A DNA stretch of 64,000 nucleotides from Dehalococcoidales bacterium. Its GTDB lineage: Bacteria > Chloroflexota > Dehalococcoidia > Dehalococcoidales > RBG-16-60-22. How positions within the stretch are numbered: position 1 is the first letter of the stretch; every line of letters begins with the position of its first letter. The translations under genes and the position numbers were made by a program. Below are positions 59,593-64,000 of this stretch, piece by piece. The DNA lies in the NCBI GenBank assembly GCA_050014095.1, contig JBEKDZ010000004.1:90834-154833 (forward strand), given 5' to 3'. The notes beneath the pieces were generated by a model that made no database searches, was not told the DNA's origin, and saw only the letters and a list, made by a program, of their open reading frames with translations.

Positions 59593-60438
59593 ATGGGCTT
59601 AAAATCCGAACGCCAATACGCAACTCAAGCTGATTATGCTGGGTGGGTAAAAAAGACCACTCAAGAGCGTGTAGCAAGAATTGCAGCCTCTCTCGGAGAA
59701 GCTTTCAAAGATTTTATACATAAAGAAGAAGTAGATATCATCGTTTTTTCAGAAATAACGGTTAAGCAACTAGCCTTTAGGATTGTTAAATATCCTCACA
59801 TTCTAAAACCATTACTTATTGCCACTAACATTGCTGCAAGGGCTATTGAACGAGATTTAGGAATCAAGAACCTTGACACATACGATACACATTTAACAAA
59901 GGAACACGCTCTCTCCGTCTCTGGTTATATAAAACCATTTTTACCCGACAGTCTTCCATTGCCAACTTTAACAGAAATGGACAGGATAATGTTCGAGGAT
60001 AAGGAGATTCGAAAGATTAAAGGGCAATGGGAGAAGATGGTAGTAAAAAGTTTGAATTCCTGTGCCAATGTCGTTTTTAGAAAATCTAAATTTCAACACA
60101 GCGGTCAGGGTTTTGAGCTCGATGCAGCTGCAAAAAACAATTCAGGAATAATAATCTACGCGGTAGATATAAAACGAATTGAGGCGAGGCGGGATATACA
60201 TAAAAGAATAGATGAGATAGCTAATAAAGCTACTCACCTTAAGGCGGTGTTTCCAAAGGCGAAATTTGGAGCTATTATTTATTATCCTTTTATTACCGAA
60301 CATGGTAATGTTAGAGATAGACTTCAGTCGAGTTACATTGATTCGGTGGTATTCGCTGGCGCTTCAATGGAATCCATAAGCAATGCAATCAAATTATTAT
60401 TGAGCAAATTTGAATGTCTGAAAAGTCAACGGTACTAA
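59593..60438 (+). CDS. Candidate type II restriction endonuclease
   Basis: 281-aa AT-rich ORF whose 3' end overlaps the methyltransferase start by 25 nt. Possible PD-(D/E)XK elements are FELD177 ... VD192-I-K194. No family recognised by eye. Confidence 0.45.
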   Translation: MGLKSERQYATQADYAGWVKKTTQERVARIAASLGEAFKDFIHKEEVDIIVFSEITVKQLAFRIVKYPHILKPLLIATNIAARAIERDLGIKNLDTYDTHLTKEHALSVSGYIKPFLPDSLPLPTLTEMDRIMFEDKEIRKIKGQWEKMVVKSLNSCANVVFRKSKFQHSGQGFELDAAAKNNSGIIIYAVDIKRIEARRDIHKRIDEIANKATHLKAVFPKAKFGAIIYYPFITEHGNVRDRLQSSYIDSVVFAGASMESISNAIKLLLSKFECLKSQRY

Positions 60439-61295
60439 ACCATACTCAGGGAAATATTGTTTTATCCTCTACGCATCACTTAAAGATTGGTGATTCTCGT
60501 GACATGTCTTTTTTAGGTGATAACTCAATTCACTTAATTGTTACTTCACCACCTTATTGGAATTTAAAAACCTATCCAAATGGGGAAAAACAATTAGGAA
60601 ATATAAATGACTATCAGACTTTTCTCGGAGAACTCAATAAAGTCCTTCATGAGTGTTATCGTGTTCTCGTACCAGGCGGTAGACTTGTCTGTGTCGTTGG
60701 AGATGTATGTTTATCACGCAGTAAACATGAACGACACCGTGTCATGCCCCTTCATGCCGATATAGCAGTACTCTGTCGTTTCATTGGGTTTGATAACCTC
60801 AATCCTATCATCTGGTATAAAATTACCAATGCTTCTTTCGAGGTAAATAACGGCACAAAATTCTTAGGAAAGCCCTATGAACCCAATGCTATTATTAAAA
60901 ACGACATTGAATATATTCTCATGCAACGCAAGCCAGGTGGATATAGAAAACCCTCTGAGGAACAAAGACACCTAAGTAAACTTTCTAAAGCTGAGTACGA
61001 TGCTTGGTTTCGTCAAATATGGACAATTCCTGGGGCATCCACTCGAAAGCATCCTGCACCTTATCCACTAGATTTAGCATATCGTTTGGTACGTATGTTT
61101 TCATTTTCAGGTGACACCGTTTTAGACCCCTTTGTTGGCACTGGTACTACAATGGTGGCCGCTTTAAGAGCAGGGCGAAATAGCTTGGGAATTGATATTG
61201 AGCCAATGTACATTGATATGGCAAAAACTTGGCTGCAAGAGGAAGCTTCTTCATTTCTTTCGAATGCCTCTATAACTTGTGATTCTCTTGGGTAG
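60414..61295 (+). CDS. Beta-class N4-cytosine/N6-adenine DNA methyltransferase (N6_N4_Mtase family)
   Basis: Motif IV IVTSPPYWN comes first, with motif I DPFVGTGTT near the C-terminus, preceded by HPAPYPLDL. Confidence 0.85.
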   Translation: MSEKSTVLNHTQGNIVLSSTHHLKIGDSRDMSFLGDNSIHLIVTSPPYWNLKTYPNGEKQLGNINDYQTFLGELNKVLHECYRVLVPGGRLVCVVGDVCLSRSKHERHRVMPLHADIAVLCRFIGFDNLNPIIWYKITNASFEVNNGTKFLGKPYEPNAIIKNDIEYILMQRKPGGYRKPSEEQRHLSKLSKAEYDAWFRQIWTIPGASTRKHPAPYPLDLAYRLVRMFSFSGDTVLDPFVGTGTTMVAALRAGRNSLGIDIEPMYIDMAKTWLQEEASSFLSNASITCDSLG

Positions 61296-61317
61296 TACGC
61301 TCCATATCTCATCCGCC

Positions 61318-61346
61318 TTGACAATTTTTCTACTCTCTTGAATAAT
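61318..61346 (+). promoter_or_regulatory. Candidate promoter for the ADH gene
   Basis: TTGACA (61318-61323), 17-nt spacer, AATAAT (61341-61346). Confidence 0.35.
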
Positions 61347-61379
61347 AACGTATAATTCCTCGTGTAGTTATTTTAGAGT

Positions 61380-62417
61380 ATGACCATGAAAGCCCTGCGC
61401 TGGTATAAACAAAAAGACGTGCGTTATGAAGACGCCCCGGAGCCCTCACCCGGGCCGGGGATGCTTAAGGTAAAGGTAGCCCTGGCCGGCATCTGCGGCA
61501 CGGACCTGAAAGAATATGCCTACGGTCCGGTGTTGATTCCCCCGGATAAAGTGCCCCTGACGATGGGGCACGAGTTCGCCGGTACGGTGGCGGAGGTGGG
61601 TAAAGGGGTGAAGGGATTCAATGTGGGGGACCGTGTGAGCGGGGTGGGCTACTACTACTGCGGCGAGTGCTATGTCTGCAAAAAGGGACTTTATAACATC
61701 TGCGTGAACCAGCGCTTTACTGGGATTTCCACCGACGGGTGCATGGCGGAATACTTCGTTATTCCCGATTATGCCTGCTATAAACTGCCCGATTCCGTAT
61801 CCGATGAACAGGGCGCTCTTGTTGAACCTTTAGCTGTCGCCCTGCATGCGGTGAGACAGGCGCATATTCAATCCGGAGATACCGTGGCTATCGTGGGGGA
61901 CGGGACGATAGGACTGTGTTCGCTGCTGGCCGCCAGAGCCGCGGGAGCGTCAGCCGTCTATGTCATCGCCAAGCATAAAGGGCGGGGCGGACTGGCCGAG
62001 AAAATGGGTGCAACCGCCGTTATCTATTCCAGCGAAGAAAATCCGGTAAAGAAACTGCAGGAAATGACCGGCGGCATCGGCACCGACGCCGCCATTGAAT
62101 GCGTCGGCCGGCCGGAAACGCCCCAGCTGGCCATCGAGCTAACGCGGCGCGCTGGCATCGCCGTCATCGTCGGCATCTTCGAGAAACCCGGCTTGGTAGA
62201 CTTTAGCACTATGACTTTTACCGAGAAAACGATAGTGGGCAGCTCCATTTACATTGACGAGGGCCGGACCGCCATCGCGCTTATGGCGGATAAAAGAATC
62301 GACCCCTCCCCATTGATTTCCTCCATCGTCCCCCTGAAAGACGCTGCCAAAAAGGGATTCGACGCGCTAATCAACAACAAAGAGGACAATGTTAAGGTAT
62401 TGTTGCGTGTAGCCTGA
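61380..62417 (+). CDS. Zn-dependent medium-chain alcohol/polyol dehydrogenase
   Basis: GICGTDLKEY, GHEFAGTVAEVG, structural-Zn Cys cluster CGECYVCKKGLYNIC, Rossmann motif VAIVGDGTIGL. ATG at 61380 or 61386. Confidence 0.85.
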   Translation: MTMKALRWYKQKDVRYEDAPEPSPGPGMLKVKVALAGICGTDLKEYAYGPVLIPPDKVPLTMGHEFAGTVAEVGKGVKGFNVGDRVSGVGYYYCGECYVCKKGLYNICVNQRFTGISTDGCMAEYFVIPDYACYKLPDSVSDEQGALVEPLAVALHAVRQAHIQSGDTVAIVGDGTIGLCSLLAARAAGASAVYVIAKHKGRGGLAEKMGATAVIYSSEENPVKKLQEMTGGIGTDAAIECVGRPETPQLAIELTRRAGIAVIVGIFEKPGLVDFSTMTFTEKTIVGSSIYIDEGRTAIALMADKRIDPSPLISSIVPLKDAAKKGFDALINNKEDNVKVLLRVA

Positions 62418-62430
62418 AGCTTTTCCTAAA

Positions 62431-63669
62431 TTAAACCTGCGGGCAGTACTGGATATCGGCGCTGGGATAGACGGCTACTTTCGCCCGGCTGCCATGACTC
62501 TGTTTTAACAGTTTTAAAACCTCTGACCAGTCGGACAGCATAACCACCCTATCTGTATATTCCAGGTAGTGTCGGGCAGCAAGCTCGGGGTACTCATTGA
62601 AAAAGATGAGCCGTTTTACGTTCGGCGGCACTTTCTTCTGGAGTTTTAGTTTGCCAGTGATGGTATTCCCGAAAGGCCCCATGAGGTAATGCGTCACCTG
62701 CCCCTCCGGCGCGCCGGCGATAAGCACTACCTCGCCGCCCTGCTTTTTTACCGACGGAAAAGCGACTTGCAGTCCGGAAATAGCCTCGTTAGCCTTGGCG
62801 AAGCTGTTGGCGATGACGATATCCTTTTCCACAGCTTGATTCGTCAAATAGTGCTTTTTGGCTTCTTCCAGGGCGGCGGCATAGGTCGGGCGGGGTGAAC
62901 CAGCGTAGAGGGCGACCGTCTCGCCCCAATTATTGACAAGGGCGTCGATTTTCATATCCAGTCCTACAATATCCGCCGCCTCATCGATATCACGTCGCCG
63001 GGGATTGTCCGCCAAAGCGCCCATACCTGATAATGTATCGTCAAAATCCCCTTTACCCCGCGGAGAATGGAGTGCCAGCACCGTTTCATAGGCAGCGACG
63101 CCCGGCATGACGATTTTGCTGCCCCCGCCGAATCCCGCCATCTCATGCGGCACGATAGAGCCGATGCCTATTTTAAGGTCGCACTGCATGACCTCGGCAT
63201 TGATGTTCACCTTCGTGCCGCCGGTGGTCGTGCCCGCATAAGTGCAGTTATCGTAAGGATTATGGTTATAGACCGGGAACCGCTTAAGTACGTCCTCCCC
63301 CAGCTTTTTTACAAAGTCCACCCGGTTTAAAGTCCCATGGCAGCCGCTAGCGGCGATAAATCGTATCTGACTATCCTGGATACCGGCGGCAGCCAGTTCC
63401 GCCAGGATAAAAGGCACAATCTCCGCCACGCGAGTCACCCGCGTCATATCGTCGAAGAGAATAACCACCTGTTTTTTCCCACGGGAATATTCCCGCAGGG
63501 GCGACATGCCGATGGGACTGCCGATGGCTTTCTTTATGGCGGCGGGGTTAAGGCGCGGGCGATTATAACCCGCCATATTGCAGACCTCCACCTGCCAGCT
63601 ATCCGGCAGGGCGATTTTAAGCTCCTTTACGCCGTACCAGGCTAACTGCGGCAGTGAGATTTTAGGCAT
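62431..63669 (-). CDS. LarA-like (DUF2088) nickel-pincer-dependent racemase/epimerase family protein
   Basis: 412 aa. ...VVILFDDMTR..., IAASGCHG, IVPHEMAGFGGGSKIVMPG are blocks characteristic of the LarA family. Confidence 0.65.
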   Translation of the reverse strand: MPKISLPQLAWYGVKELKIALPDSWQVEVCNMAGYNRPRLNPAAIKKAIGSPIGMSPLREYSRGKKQVVILFDDMTRVTRVAEIVPFILAELAAAGIQDSQIRFIAASGCHGTLNRVDFVKKLGEDVLKRFPVYNHNPYDNCTYAGTTTGGTKVNINAEVMQCDLKIGIGSIVPHEMAGFGGGSKIVMPGVAAYETVLALHSPRGKGDFDDTLSGMGALADNPRRRDIDEAADIVGLDMKIDALVNNWGETVALYAGSPRPTYAAALEEAKKHYLTNQAVEKDIVIANSFAKANEAISGLQVAFPSVKKQGGEVVLIAGAPEGQVTHYLMGPFGNTITGKLKLQKKVPPNVKRLIFFNEYPELAARHYLEYTDRVVMLSDWSEVLKLLKQSHGSRAKVAVYPSADIQYCPQV

Positions 63670-63690
63670 TGGTCTCGACCTCCAACTCTA

Positions 63691-64000
63691 TTATTTAAGT
63701 CTTTTTATAATACCCTGTTGTTCCAACATGGTGCGCAAAATCGGGGTAATATCCATGCCGACTACTTCCTCAGGCATAAACCAGCCACAGTCCTGGGCAT
63801 CGGACTGTGCTTTAAGGTCACCGCCGATATAATTCGCCAGCAGGTCGATGATAGCGTAATGGTAGCGGATACGTCCATCGGCGTCCCTAACAATATTATC
63901 CGCCGCGTCGAGCACCCGCATTATTTCGATTTTTACCGAGCATTCTTCAAATACTTCCCGCTGTGCCGCTTCCTTTATCGTCTCCCCTAGCTCTATCCCC
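63691..64000 (-). CDS. Nudix hydrolase (5' end outside window)
   Basis: The frame stays open to the window edge. Upstream of the track's Met it reads GIELGETIKEAAQREVFEECSV, a Nudix box (E-x7-REUxEExGU). Confidence 0.7.
   Translation of the reverse strand, partial: GIELGETIKEAAQREVFEECSVKIEIMRVLDAADNIVRDADGRIRYHYAIIDLLANYIGGDLKAQSDAQDCGWFMPEEVVGMDITPILRTMLEQQGIIKRLK

Noticed and set aside
1-64000. Search for rRNA, tRNA, tmRNA, transposases, integrases, prophage genes and CRISPR-cas.
   Set aside because: None were recognised. No intergenic region shows tRNA-like T-arm/acceptor features, and no ORF shows DDE/tyrosine-recombinase/serine-recombinase or Cas motifs. A dedicated tRNAscan/Infernal run would be needed to exclude small RNAs formally.

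Overview
This is a bacterial chromosomal window. Evidence: EF-P/EpmA, TTGACA-17-TAnnnT promoters and GGAGG ribosome-binding sites. Gene content recalls Chloroflexota/Dehalococcoidia, but I cannot verify the taxon. I saw no rRNA, tRNA, CRISPR array, transposase or integrase.

Positions 87-30311 form one large, compositionally mosaic surface-glycan locus. It holds seven glycosyltransferase genes or domains, a WecA/AglH-type initiating phosphoglycosyltransferase, a PAP2 phosphatase and Ugd. It also has a complete WbpA-B-D-E-like route to a 2,3-diacetamido-2,3-dideoxy-hexuronic acid, plus a second oxidoreductase/aminotransferase/acetyltransferase set. Further genes are a FemAB-like transferase, an ABC-2 (Wzm/Wzt) exporter, a Wzx flippase, and a 1268-aa four-enzyme fusion ending in a repeat-built coiled coil. 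The standout is an STT3/AglB/PglB-type oligosaccharyltransferase (WWDFG motif) with an HPD-less J-like domain inserted in its last cytoplasmic loop. I saw no Wzy or WaaL.

Downstream features, in order:
- a MacB-type efflux trio
- a 1065-aa Asp-box (BNR) propeller/FN3 surface protein, an S-layer candidate and plausible OST substrate
- an orphan radical SAM/SPASM enzyme
- a Thr-rich lipoprotein
- a GlcD/GlcF/GlcE-like flavoenzyme operon bracketed by related terminators
- an AT-rich islet with a PolB-type exonuclease
- MarR plus a heterodimeric ABC exporter
- a bicupin gene flanked by REP-like palindromes
- HicAB
- efp-epmA
- a MoxR-DUF58-DUF4129 triad
- an AT-rich type II R-M island
- a Zn-ADH, a LarA-like gene and a truncated Nudix gene

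All family calls come from motif reading, not database searches.
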